From: Lytechinus pictus
Lineage: Eukaryota
Assembly: GCF_037042905.1 (NCBI RefSeq)
Contig: NC_087254.1
Location: 10,044,001-10,108,000 of the forward strand
DNA length: 64,000 nucleotides
Direction of reading: 5' to 3'
Positions 49,626 to 63,300 of the stretch are shown here, one piece after another. Numbering within the stretch: position 1 is the first letter of the stretch; each line of letters opens with the position of its first letter. The notes beneath the pieces are model-generated. The model was not told where the DNA came from and ran no database searches. It saw only the letters and a program-made list of their open reading frames with translations. The position numbers and the translations under genes were made by a program.

Positions 49626-51200
49626 CAGCGGCGTAACAGGGGTCGGTGGCCAGGGGGGGCAAGAGCCAAACATTTCCCGGTCATATCATGGAACAGGCAA
49701 TGGCGTCATAAGGCAAAAATTTTGAGGGGGCGATATGGCGTATCGGGCAAATATATATATATATAAATATAAGCGAGCGAGCGAAGCGAGCGAGCAAAAA
49801 TTTTTGACATTTTTATTGCAAAAATCAAATTCAGTGTGATAGATTTTGACATAATGTTAAAAAGATGATATCATATTTCACCCTCCTCTCCTTTTTTCTC
49901 TCTTTTTAGTACGCCACCGTGAACAGGATTTTTGTTATGATTGTGAGCATCAGGGCGAAGCTCTATATGCTCGAGGGGGCCGAGTATGGCGCTTCTGGCA
50001 AGAAGTAGCATAATATAGGTCCCGAGCGAGCGAAGCGAGCGAGATAAAAAATCACCTTTTCATGAGAATCTAACATGACGATAGATTTAAACATGATATG
50101 CAGAAAAATATAATACACTTTCCTTTCTTTCCTCATTTTTTTGTTTGGTTGTAGAACTTTTGGGGGCCATGGTCCAAACTCATCCATATAACAGTGCTTT
50201 ATGGGTGGGGTCCAGGGCAGAGCCCCGGAACCTCTTGATATCAAAGCCATTTTAAACCTTACAGATGGCCACTTATTTTAATCAAATTGCGTGTATATTT
50301 ATATAGCTTTAACACAACACATAAATTCAATACAGTTGTGTATCGTAATCATCCAAATATTGTGAGGGGCACACCATAGCAAATGTGGGAAAATTTGTAA
50401 AAAGTCGCCAGCGAGCGAAGCGAGCCAGAAAAAAAAATGGCCTGTTAAAATGAAATTCTAATTATGTGATAGATTTTTACATCATTATAGCAAATATCAT
50501 GTCATATATTTTTTGTCATTCATCTCATTTCGCTGCCTCCTTTATTTTCTTTTATTTCCCCTTGGCTGTGGAACCACCCCGCGGTACGCCAGTGCTTCAA
50601 CGTAAAGCTTAATGCAGGAAGGGTCCATATAGGGGCCCGTTATAGAACCCATTAAAGGTTACAGATGAAGAGCCGCGGTCTTGACTCTTGGACAGAGCCT
50701 TTGGAGATTTAGCAAGTTTATGATAGACTTTAATACGACATTATGATATATACCATCCATTTTTCTTCCCGCTCGTTATCTCAATCCTCGGCAGCCCGGT
50801 AGCTAGTGTACGTTATCTTGTCCCTATTCTTTATTTTCCAATTTAGATTTTGGATAATTCCATTCTGCCTTTATTTCCCGCTTTTGTTTGCCTTTTTTTC
50901 ATCTTTAATTTATTTCCCTGTCTTATTAATCATGCTAATGTATTTGAATATCGGGGCGAATTGTTCTTTCTCACTTGTTCTTTTTTCCTTCCTTTTCCGT
51001 TATCTTTCCGTTTTCCCTTTTTTATGTTTTTTCTTAGTTTTCTTTTCCCTTTTCCTTTCCCTTTCCCATTTTTTCTTCCCTTTCCCTTTCCCTTCCCTCC
51101 CCCCTTTTTTTTCTTTTTCCCGTTTTTTTTTTATTTTCCCGGTGAGCTCCGCCAGGGGGGGCAGCTTGCCCCCCCTGCCCCCCCGCCTGTTACGCCACTG
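49626..51200. mobile_element. Non-autonomous hAT-like element
   Basis: TIR CAGCGGCGTAACAGG / CCTGTTACGCCACTG; 8-bp TSD AGTGTGTG. Confidence 0.85.
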
Positions 51201-53805
51201 AGTGTGTGGGGTGGGTGGATGAAAGAGAGAGAAAGGGAGACAGGCGCATAAAAAGGGAAAAGGAGAGAGAGAGAAAAGAAGAAAAAGAAAAACGAAGGAA
51301 GAAAAGGAGGAAGAGAAACAAAGAGAAAAATAAACAAGAGTAGATTGACTTTTAAGTTTAAATTGAGAGGATAAAATGTACGTTTAAAAGTATATTGGAA
51401 ATACAAGGGATGAATGATGAATCCGGGAAATAGAGAAAGTGAAACCGGAAATAATCATGCATGGATTCTGATCGCTGTGATAGCGCCCTCAATTAAATAA
51501 TGTTATTGATACTCTATCATAAACATATTATTTTTAGATTATTCAGCATTATAAAGCTTTTGGTCTCTGCTTTTATCTCATATCATATATATAAATATAT
51601 ATATATAATAAAGGAGAGGAAAATCACTCCCTATTTTGTTATCAATCAGTGGGGGGGGGGGAGAAAAGGAAGAAAATACTTGAATCATAAAAGATTACTC
51701 AAAAGTTACAGTGTAATTCTATATTTGGGCATTTTAGCAATAACTTCGCAGACGCTTTCTATAACACTGATAATCTTTTGTAAAAACACCTTTATAAGAA
51801 AACAACCTTTGTCGAAAACTGATAAATTAAAACAGTGGTGTCGTCATGGATCTGGATAAACTACTTTTTAAAAAAAATCGTCTGGTCCGAATCTTAAGAC
51901 GATGTGCTGTCCCGGTCCATTAACTTTCGACAGTGACCTCTAATCTGTCCATTGTGACTTGACGGGCATTTTCAATAGATTCTCAATGTTTCAAAAAGCG
52001 TCTTCGAAGTGGGTGCTTGAATACGCTAGTTGCCATGTTAATGAATTTAGACACAAGTAATGGTCGTTGTTTCCTACAAAATGGCTGGCACCAGGGATGG
52101 ATCTAGGAGTTTCCAAAAGGGGTGGGGGCATTTTTGTTCAAGAAAATTTGACAAGCAAAAAAAATAAAATGAAAAAAAAACATCAACAAAAAATTGTTTT
52201 CACTCCAAAATGGAGGTAATTTTGTTCCAGGAAAATTTTAACAAGCAAAAAAAGAAAAAAAGTCCTCACTTGCTTAATCACGTGAAGCGGGAATTGGCAT
52301 TTTCAATTGTCATCAGAGCTCCTTTTCACAGGAAAAAATTGACTGTTAACATTACGGGTTACCCCGTGCACTCTAAGAACATATATAGGGCGAAATGGGT
52401 GGATAAGGGTCGAGGACTGACCGCCTTTTCCATATAAAAAATGCAGTTGCTTCTTTCTTTCGAAATCAGTGTTTTACTGCAACTACTGTAATTTAGCTTT
52501 AATGGGTGATATCGTTTCCATGCACCCATGGACCTACATAATGAATCCTTTCATGGAAATATGAATGTGAGTAAATTCTTATAACTTGTATGAATTTTAT
52601 TCTTTTGATGATTCGAATTTGATAGGCCTTTCTTGCATAATTCATCCTTTTCTATTTATCGAACGGAGAATCCAACTTGCTATTTATGTATACATATTCA
52701 TAATTTCGGTTTAGAAAATAAACAAAAAATTCAATGTCTCTATGAGACAAAAATATATTTAAGAATATTTGCATTTTCGGTATTTAATATTTGTCAAAAA
52801 ATATTTCGTAATTCTTATTTAGAGAATTACTCTCCTGTGTTGGATCAGAAAAAAAAGAATACGTGCCAGTCGGAATTTTTTTAATATCTTTTTTTGTTGT
52901 TAATAAGCAAATTCGCAAGTGCTATATACTTTATGCCTATAAAATTTGTTGTTGGGGTATACGGTACTTGGCCTTTAACCATCATGCGATTATTTCAGAA
53001 TAGACTTCCTACTTTTTGAAACAGTATATCTTGATCAAATTAATTGACATACAACACCTGAAAATGAAGATGAGAAAGTCTATAGCATGCCTGGGGACTG
53101 TGCAATTATTATTAATAACAGGAAATTGCTTTGGATAAGAAGGAAGCACACTTTCAAAAATCTTTTCATAAAACTAAACCAAATGTCGATGATGGGGAAA
53201 AGAGGGGAAATTCTAAAAAGCTTTCAACTTTAACCGAGAGAGAAATTCTCTTGTTTTAATGTATTCTTTGTGAATAAGTCGCTACTCGAAAGTACAGGAA
53301 AGGAAACTTGATGATAATAATGTCATATTGAACAGACATTAAAAACACAGAGTGGGGCAATTTTCTTCTCAAAATGCTGACCTAGGATTCGACCCAAACC
53401 TTGAATTATTTTATTTTCTTCTTTCTTCATCTTATTTTCTTCTTCTCCTTCTTCTTCTTCTCCCCCTTGATCTTCTATATGCGGATCGATCCCGTTTTTG
53501 TTATCATACGTGCTCAAATAAACCCCCCGTTTTCAGGTATGAATGTCAAAAACATTCAGCTCGTACTTTGTACTCACGTTAATTTGGGGAAGAGCGCAGT
53601 ATAATAATAATGATAATGATGATGAAGATGATAATAATAAACATGATATAAATATTAATTTTTAAGTGAAATTATTCCTTGCCTTCATGAGTCTTAGCCT
53701 ATCTATTGCTAGGTTAATTATATTAAAATTCTTGTTTAAAAAATGTTCTTTGAGCGGCCAAGCGGGAAAATGTGGATGAAACCCCCTCCCTGGAATACCC
53801 CTAGC

Positions 53806-54839
53806 CAGCGGCGTAACAGGGGTCGGTGGCCAGGGGGGCAAGAACCAGAAATTTCCCGGTCATATCATGGTATGAACAGGCGTAATGGTGTAATTTTGCG
53901 ACTATTTTGAGAGGGCCAGATATTGCCTTTCGGGCAGAATTTATCTTTAAAAAAAATTGCGAGCGAGCGAAGCGAGCGAGCAAAAATTTTGACCTTTTTA
54001 ATACAAAAATCCAATTTTGTGATAGATTTTGACATGATATCCAGAGAATGATATATTTAACTCTTCTCTCTTTCCATTCCTTTTTTTGTGGTCTGTACGC
54101 CACTGTGAACAGGATTCTTTGCGGCAGTAGCGTGAAGAGCAAACAAAACGAGGGGTGCATTATGGCACATGTGCAAAAATGCTGCTTAATAGAAGCCCCG
54201 ACGCCCCCGAGCGATCTAACTTTGAGATATTTTTTGACATTATATTCAGTAAATAAAATCATATCCTACACCTTTCCTTTGCTTTTCTTTCCTCCTTTTT
54301 GTTGTTCTTGTTTGTAGAACTTTTGGGGGCCATGGCCCAACCCTTCCATACTCATATACGGCAGTGCTGTGCGGTTGGGTCCGGGGCGAAGCCCCCGGAA
54401 CTTCTTGAAAGCAAAGCCATTTAAACCTCGCAGATTGCCGCTATTTTAATCAAATCGCGGGTATATACAGAATATAGCTTTTGCACAACACATATTTTAT
54501 TCAACCCATGCACAGTTGCGTATAATTAATCAAATTTATTTCCCATCATGCTATTGCATTACATAGTCCTATTTCGGAATGATTTGTTCTTTTTGAAATG
54601 TTCTACAGTACATTTTCCCGCTTTCCTTCCTTTTCCATTAAAAAAAATATTTTTCTTAGTTTTCTTTTCACTTTCCCCTTTCCTTTTCCTCCTTTCCTTT
54701 CTCCCTTTTCTTCCCCTTTCTTTCTTTCTTTCTGTCTTTCTCCCTCCCTTTTTTCTTTTTCCCGTTTTTTTTTATTTTCCCGGTGAAATCCGCCAGGGGG
54801 GCACGTTGCCCCCCCCCCCCCCCGCCTGTTACGCCACTG
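53806..54839. mobile_element. Non-autonomous hAT-like element, same family as 49626-51200
   Basis: Same TIRs; 8-bp TSD CCCCTAGC. Confidence 0.85.
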
Positions 54840-55327
54840 CCCCTAGCTTGCCCCTGCCCCCCTATCCAATTTTGAAAACATGTCTGAAACCGAAAAGTTC
54901 TCGATCTCGGATCGGAGCTCCGCACCGGACTTCGTAGCATGGCAACCAAAGCACCCGGATGTTAAATAAGCTGACAAAATGGACGCCTGCGAGACTCAGT
55001 TGGGAACTGCGAAACGAGAAGGGGATTGAAACAAATGTGAATCAGATTTTGTTCCCGTCGAAAGGAAAAACACGGAATTTCCCAAAATTCACCTAGAGTC
55101 ACAGCTTTAACTTTGACGATATTTTTAAATCTAGTATAGACTTATTTATGCATGATTTAGCTGATGATTGAGTCGACTCGCACTGCATGCAGACACATTC
55201 GACCGAGTCTGCACAAACCCAGGCCGGCGGACACGGCTAATTTGAGGATGTAAAGTGACCTCTATCGAACTGAGCCGATCATCGCATTGTCATTTGAAAA
55301 TTAGACCACTGTTTCCCATCCAACAAA

Positions 55328-55375
55328 ATGGATATCAATAGATCTGGTAATGCTACAGTTGCTGAGAGGTTTAGG
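55328..55375 (+). CDS. Candidate first coding exon of an unidentified gene (MDINRSGNATVAERFR)
   Basis: CAAAATGG start context, 16 open codons, donor AGG|GTAAGC, CpG-containing non-repetitive upstream region with an X-box-like site at 54934. Confidence 0.4.
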
Positions 55376-55483
55376 GTAAGCATTAGATTTAGTCGGCATT
55401 ATCGTGAAATTGGGAACCAGTTCCTAGTATTATTAGGCCTAATTTCCAAAGGACACTTTTTCACGACAAGACATGAGTGACCT

Positions 55484-55939
55484 TAGACAGCTGGCAGCCG
55501 TCTGTTTCGAGGAGTTTTTTAACATTTTTTTATTTTTTTAATTTCTCCTCATATACACAGACGGCTCGCTATCGTGCAGCCACCATTAGGGGACTTGCAA
55601 TGCAAAATCCCCCCGTCGGGGCTCTTCAATTTTTGTCTTTAATAAATAAAATTTTTGAAAATTAACGCGACCAAAATGCAAATTAATATTCCCTCTTGGC
55701 ATTAATTGCCAAAAAACAGAGAAAAATCAAGTTAAAAGAAACAAAAACAGTGACTTACCTCGGCTGTCGCGCAAATTCACTTCCCCGTTTTATCCGCTCT
55801 TAAGTACATAAACATATGGCCATTGGCATTGAGTCCCCTGTACAGATCGCGCTAGAACTTCGGTCTCTGTATTTGGTGAGTGAAGCCAACGGAGTTCAGC
55901 TGAACAACCAACATAACAGAGACTGAAGCTTTTGGTCTA
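55484..55939. mobile_element. ~450-bp non-autonomous DNA transposon, TAGAC..GTCTA termini, 9-bp TSD (Academ/AcademH- or Mutator-like)
   Basis: TSD GAGTGACCT at 55475-55483 and 55940-55948. Confidence 0.8.
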
Positions 55940-56003
55940 GAGTGACCTATGGTAGTGGATCGTATTACCGAACACTTTTCATGAATTTGATCATATCAAA
56001 CAC

Positions 56004-56448
56004 TAGACAGCTGGCAGCCGTCTGTTTCGAGGAGTTTTTTAACTTTTTTTTTTTTTAATTTCTCCTCGTACACAGACGGCTCGCTAGCGTGCAGCCACCA
56101 TTAGGGGACTTGCAATGCAAAATCCCCCCGTCGGGGCTCTTCAATTTTTGTTTTTAATGAATAAAAATTTTGAAAATTAAAGTGACCAAAATGCAAATTG
56201 ATATTCCCTCTTGTCATTAATTGCCAAAAAACAGAGAAAAATCAAGTTAAAAGGAACAAAAACAGTGACTTACCTCGGCTGTCGCGCAAATTCACTTCCC
56301 CGTTTTATCCGATCTTAAGTACATAAACATATTGCCATTGAGTCCCCTGTACAGATCGCGCTAGAACTTCGGTCTCTGTATTTGGTGAGTGAAGCCAACG
56401 GAGTTCAGCTGAACAACCAACATAACAGAGACCGAAGCTTTTGGTCTA
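56004..56448. mobile_element. Second copy of the TAGAC..GTCTA element
   Basis: TSD ATCAAACAC at 55995-56003 and 56449-56457. Sits inside another TIR element (~55951-56883, GATCGTATTACCGA / TCGGTAATACGATC). Confidence 0.85.
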
Positions 56449-56990
56449 ATCAAACACATGATTCCAATAAAATTCACCAAACTTTCACCATAAATACACA
56501 ATTACCTACAAAATATAAATATGCAGAAATTTTGCCGAAATTGTATTTCATTTTTACGACATCAGCTTCCAATCGGACCTCTCTTCGCAAGTGAAATATT
56601 TTGGTCACTTGAAAAAGGTATCGTATTACCGAACGTGTGTTTTCTATGGGAAAAGTTGGGAAAACAACAAAGTCACTGATGAGCTATTTTAACCATATTT
56701 TATTGTTTTGAGGATTTAAAGACTTCGAAATTGTGTTTTTTATCATTTTTCATCATTTTTGTATTCAAGTTCCCTTTGGAAGGATGTTGCAAAGGTTTGA
56801 TCGTATTTGATTATTTTCAGACGCATATGATGTGCACGTTCGGTAATACAAGGCCGGTCGGTAATACGATCACTCACTATACCTACCTTTTCGAGGGTGT
56901 TCACTGCTTCACCGCAGCTGGCGCGCTGATTCTAGATAAAGTAATCCTTCAAAGAGCTTAGATCAGAAAGATTGATTTCGTCGCCGTCTT

Positions 56991-57905
56991 TTCTCTACTC
57001 GCTAAAATGGGAACCAGCGTGGAAAACTCCCCATTTTAGAGTTGTACACACTGGTTCCCATTTTAGCGAGTAGAGTAAACTAGTTTACTCTACTCGCTGA
57101 AATGGGAACCAGCGTGTACAACTTTATTGAGAATTTTCCATAGAGTTGTACGCGCTGGTTCCCATTTCAGCGAGTAGATAAAGACAGATTACTAGTGATA
57201 TTTATTTCGTTAGTGATGATTCTCTGACGAAATAAAGCTTATTAATAAACCGTCTTCCCATTTTGAAGAGTAGATATAGAGAGAGAGAATGCCAATGAGA
57301 TTTATTTCGTCAGTGATGATTCTGACGAAATAAATCTAAATCTAACAAATTGTCTTTATCTACTCGTGAAAATGGGAACCAACATGTATAATTCATGAGA
57401 TTTAATAAACTAGTTTACTCTACTCGCCAAAATGGGAACCAGTGCGTACAACTCTATGGAAAACTCCACATAGAGTTGTACACGCAGGTTCCCATTTCAG
57501 CGAGTAGAGTAAACTAGTTTAATCTACTCTCCAAAATGGGAACCAGCGTGGAAAATTCTCAATAGAGTTGTACACGCCGGTTCCCATTTCAGCGAGTAGA
57601 TAAAGACAGATTACTAGTAATATTTATTTCGTTAGTGATGATTCTCTGACGAAATAAATCTGATTAATAAACTGTCTTTATCTACTCGTGAAAATGGGAA
57701 CCAGCATTTATAATTCAGGAGAATTTTTTTAGATGGTTCCCATTTTGAAGAGTAGATATAGAGAGAGATTGCCAATGAGATTTATTTCGTCAGTGATGAC
57801 TCTGACGAAATAAATTTCACTAGTAAACTGTCTTTATCTACTCGTGAAAATGGGAACCAGCTATGCTGGTTCCCATTTTCACGAGTAGATAATACAGTTT
57901 ACTAA
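56991..57905. repeat. Array of alternating inverted repeats (CTACTCG..AAATGGGAACCAG / CTGGTTCCCATTT..CGAGTAG)
   Basis: Repeated hairpin-forming modules plus a second palindrome TTTATTTCGT.AG..CTGACGAAATAAA. Confidence 0.85.
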
Positions 57906-58317
57906 AGTGATTCATCCCAGATATATCTTGTTTGTGATTTATTTAGTGAATCAATTTTGTAATATAAGTTTTTGTCAACATTGTGAAAGTGGCAGAGTGG
58001 TCTTGAAGAGCAGGGAAATGCGGGGTAGATGGATAATTACAAAAATTATAATTCCGCGGAATCTTCGAGGTCATCTGAAAACTTGTCCACCCGTGGCAAA
58101 CTGAGCCCGTTAAACATCACATGAGGAAAGAGGTAACCAGTTGTGTGAAGAGCTTCGCATCGTAAACAAAGCCTCTCGCATCAATTCTTTTCAAAATCGC
58201 CGAAGCGAAGATTCTTTACATATCGTGGTGAAAGGAGGTACAAGTTCAATTTGGCTACCAGTTCCCAAAAGCACGGAATGGCCATTTAGTCTAACTTTTC
58301 CACTGTCTCTGTCTGAG

Positions 58318-59006
58318 TAGGGTGTCTGGAGAAAAAAAATATTTTTCTTATTTCAACTTTTCAAGAAAATATCACATTTTCTTTGTAAATTTGAAGAGAA
58401 ATGACCTTCAGACTGACAGAAATGTAACATTTTTGAAAAAAATCCAATTATTGGCTGCAAAAAAGAAGAATGAAATTAGGTAAATTTTCAGCATTTCTCT
58501 GCCATAGACTGTGTAGTTAAGAAATGGACACACACAAATCCAAATTTTTAGCTTCCGAGAGCTGTTATAAATTTATTATTAATGCCAAAAACTTGTCCAT
58601 AAAGAGTCCAATAGGATTTTTTATGCTCTATCTGATGGTATGATTTTTATAAAGATTTGGAAACCAGATCACAATGAAAAATTGCGACAAAGTGAAAAAA
58701 ATTGTGCAAAACAGAAATTTCATTTTCCCATAGAAAACGCATGGAGAAATGGCAATCTCAACACACACAAAAATAAAGGTTTGCAATTTATCTCTAAATC
58801 CTTATTTAAAATGATCATATAAACTTGTCCTTACTGTCAAAAGAAGCCCCTGAATTTTCTCTTTCCATACATGCCAAACACAAGTTAATAATCAATTCAG
58901 ATCACATTTTTCTATAGCCTGAACTTCCCCGAAAAAATGTGCCATATTTTCCCCTAAATTAGCCTGTTTTATGCTGACACTTTTCAGTGTGGCTTCATAC
59001 ACCCTA
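58318..59006. mobile_element. Non-autonomous DNA transposon with TAGGGTGT TIR (hAT- or P-like)
   Basis: GTCTGAG duplicated at 58311-58317 and 59007-59013. Confidence 0.7.
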
Positions 59007-59303
59007 GTCTGAGTCTCAGTCGAAAAACATGATATTGATATTTTAATGTGAGGAAAAACCAGTAGGATGGGGGGTCGGGTGTCCGGACACTTTATATTTT
59101 TGAAGCCTTCTTTTTTGTCTTTGGATTACACAAAAAAATATGAATTCCATAGTTGTAATCATCTTCTATTTTGTTCTCTATAATATTTCCTAACATTTTG
59201 TACTAAAAATTGATGAAACTTAACTTGTAAATTCTTCCAAATTACTTTCTAAAATTGATCGTCCGGACACACAACCTGTCTGGACACACAACAACTGGGT
59301 ATA

Positions 59304-59751
59304 CAGTAGAGGCGCACGGCCAATATTGGAGACTGTCTCCAATGTGGGAGATTATCTCCAATATCAGAGACTTTTGTAAAGAATTTGGGTATCCAATTTC
59401 AGAGACAGTCTCCAGTTTTGGAGACCAATTTCCTTTGTTTACATTTGCTGCAAAAGGATTACCTTGGCGGCAAATAAAAATGTGATAAGGAGATTCCTCA
59501 TGAAAAATTACCCCTTTTCACCGTCTACTTTAAAAATTCACCTGTCTACTTTTGTTTTGATAAGGATTTTTGTTGTCAATCACACACAAAACAAATGGGC
59601 TTCTGACCTCAGTGAGACAAAAATTTTTGGGGAAAAAATCATTCTTTTGTTGGTGTTGTTTCTTTTGTCCTTTTGCAAAGCAAGTCTCCAATGTGGGAGA
59701 TTGTCTCCCCTATTGGAGAGAGTCTCCCATATTGGCCGTGCGCCTCTACTG
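59304..59751. mobile_element. Tc1/mariner-like MITE
   Basis: TIR CAGTAGAGGCGCACGGCCAATAT / ATATTGGCCGTGCGCCTCTACTG; TA on the left, AA on the right. Confidence 0.75.
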
Positions 59752-60334
59752 AAAACAAGTCGTGTCTTTTACACAAGTTTTTTTTCTTCTTCAAACTCAG
59801 TTCAATTCCACTCACACTAATGGAGCTCAAAACTTTTTAGCTCCATTGTCTCCAACTAGTTGAATGGTACTGTGAAGCAGAAAAAAACAGGTAAAAAAAG
59901 TTAGAATTTGCCTTTTGATTGGGTTGGCCGTGGCGTGGGTGAACTTAGCCAGGATAGACTAGTCTTGAGGACTCAATGAGTCCATCATGATGATGTTTTT
60001 TTAATATTTTGATGTATACTTCTTCATCATGGAGTCTTGAACCGTCGGCCATACAGCGTTCTCGCCAGGATTTTTCTTATGCGTGTCGGAAATCCGTCGA
60101 TTCGGCGGTGGCCAAATTTGCACGTGATGTTTTGATTTTCACATGCGCTGCGCTTTGATCCGATCCAAAGTCAAGTTTCATTGCCAATCCGCGAAGTTTA
60201 ATAGATGATGTAATGCTGTTTTAATCGGCGGCGGACACCAACCTAAAACTGATATCGGCGAAAATATTGGAATGTTAAGTTGTTGTTTATCTAAAAATTT
60301 AGGGGTCTTTTTTGTCTGGATATGTTTTAAACTG

Positions 60335-63300
60335 TTTTTAGGTGTTAATGAGTTAAAATATATTTCATATACCTTTCGTTATGGGCTCCCGGTCTCCGAG
60401 AAGAAATATAAATCATGCATTATTCCTAAATTTCTTACAACGGCGGAAAAGAAAATAAAACAAAATGGAAGTCACAAACATCTCAGATTAATGAGCGATC
60501 GATTTGGGAATGTTTTAAAATTGTTTTTGAGGTCCTAACGAGTTGAAATATATTTATATACCTTTCGCTATGAACTATCTAAGAAATGCACTATTGCGAC
60601 AACGGTCATGACGGTGGAAAGGATTATAAAACTGAATAGAAGTCACAAACATCTCAGATTAATTGACGATCTATCAGGACATTTTTAACATTGTTTTGAG
60701 GTGTTAATGAGTTAAAATATATTTGATATACCTTTCGTTGCGGACTCCCGTTCTCCGAGAAGAAATATAAATCCCGCATTATTCCTAAATTTCTTACAAC
60801 GGCGGAAAAGAAAATAAAACAAAATAGAAATCACAAACATCTCAGATTAATGAACGATCGATTTGGGAATGTTTTATAATTTTTTTTGAGGTCCTAACGA
60901 GTTGAAATATATTTATATACCTTTCGCTATATGAACTCTCTAAGAAATGCACTATTGTGACAACAGTCGTGATGGTGGAAAGGATTATAAAACAGAATAG
61001 AAGTCACAAACATCTCAGATTAATTGACGATCTATCAGGACATTTTTAACATTGTTTTGAGGTGTTAATGAGTTTAAATATATTTGATATACCTTTCGTT
61101 GCGGACTCCCGTTCTCCGAGAAGACTATAAATCACGCATTATTCCTAAATTTCTTACAACGGCGGAAAAGAAAATAAAACAAAATAGAAGTTACAAACAT
61201 CTCAGATTAAAGAGAAATTCCAGTAGTTGCAGTAAACACTGATTTCATGAGAAAGTCTGTAAAACCAGGCTTAATTGTCAGTATATCATCCAGGATCTAG
61301 ATCTGGTACAGTTACATAAACTGAACTTTGTGAAATCTTGAAATCTACGCTGAATAATGTTCAGACTGAACTTCCCCAACACAGATAAGCGCACGTGGGA
61401 CAGTGTATAATTATTGCTTTGAGCGTCGGGCCCGACGCTCTACCCGAAACCTGTACTTATTTGCTGATTTCTCAGCAATTACACAATTTCTTCCAGAATC
61501 CTTTGGCACATGCGTTTCATTTATACAAACAGACACTTTGGTGGTCATTTCATTGGATTCTGTACGAACTCATTTTGATATCGTTACCAAAACTAGCATT
61601 TACCTTTAATGAGCGATCAATTTGGGAATGTTTTAAAATTGTTTTTGAGGTCCTAATGAGTTGAAATATATTTATATACCTTTCGCTGTGAACTCTCTAT
61701 AAGAAATGCACTATTGTGACAACGGTCATGACGGTGGAAAGGATTATAAAACAGAATAGAAGTCACAAACATCTCGGATTAATAAACGATCTTAATTAAC
61801 GATCAGGACATTTTTAACATTGTTTTGACTGTGAGTTAAAATATATTTGATATACCTTTCGTTACGGACTCCCGTTCTCCGAGAAGAAATTTAAATCACC
61901 CATTATTAAATTTCTTACAACGGCGTAAAAGAAATTAAAACAAAATAGAAGTCACAAACATCTCAGATTAATGAACGATTGATTTAGGAATGTTTTAAAA
62001 TTGTTTTTGAGGTCCTAACGAGTTGAAATATATTTATATACCTTTCGCTATGAACTCTCTAAGATATATTAATGATGCACTATTCTGACAACGGCGGGAA
62101 GGATTATAAAACAGAATAGAAGTCACAAACATCTCAGATTAAATAACGATCTATCAGGACATTTGTTAATTGTTTTGAGGTGTTAATGAGTTAAAAATAT
62201 ATTTGATATACCTTTCGTTACGGACTCCCGTTCTCCGAGAAGAAATATAAATCACCCATTATTATTAAATTTCTTACAACGGCGTAAAAGAAATTAAAAC
62301 AAAATAGAAGTCACAAACATCTCAGATTAATGAACGATTGATTTAGGAATGTTTTAAAATTGTTTTTGAGGTCCTAACGAGTTGAAATATATTTATATAC
62401 CTTTCGCTATGAACTCTCTAAGATATATTAATGATGCACTATTCTGACAACGGCGGGAAGGATTATAAAACAGAATAGAAGTCACAAACATCTCAGATTA
62501 AATAACGATCTATCAGGACATTTGTTAATTGTTTTGAGGTGTTAATGAGTTAAAAATATATTTGATATACCTTTCGTTACGGACTCCCGTTCTCCGAGAA
62601 GAAATATAAATCACCCATTATTATTAAATTTCTTACAACGGCGTAAAAGAAATTAAAACAAAATAGAAGTCACAAACATCTCAGATTAATGAACGATTGA
62701 TTTAGGAATGTTTTAAAATTGTTTTTGAGGTCCTAACGAGTTGAAATATATTTATATACCTTTCGCTATGAACTCTCTAAGATATATTAATGATGCACTA
62801 TTCTGACAACGGCGGGAAGGATTATAAAACAGAATAGAAGTCACAAACATCTCAGATTAATTAACGATCTATCAGGACATTTGTTAATTGTTTTGAGGTG
62901 TTAATGAGTTGAAAATATATTTGATATACCTTTCGTTACGGACTCCCGTTCTCCGAGAAGAAATATAAATCACGCATTATTCTTAAATTTCTTACAACGG
63001 CGGAAAAGAAAATAAAACAAAATAGAAGTCACAAACATCTCAGATTAATGAACGATCGATTTGGGAATGTTTTAAAATTGTTTTTGAGGTCCTAACGAGT
63101 TGAAATATATTTATATACCTTTCGCTATGAACTCTCTAAGAAATGCACTCTTCTGACAACGGTGGAAAGGATTATAAAACAGAATAGAAGTCACAAACAT
63201 CTCAGATTAATGAACGATCGATCTGGGAATGTTTTAAAATTGATTTTGAGGTCCTAACAAGTTAAAATATATTTATATACCTTTCGCTATATGAACTCTC

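Noticed and set aside
50806-51406. Phe-rich or Lys/Glu-rich ORFs (also 9019-9475 and 54548-54949)
   Set aside because: Polypyrimidine/polypurine low-complexity tracts in or next to repeats
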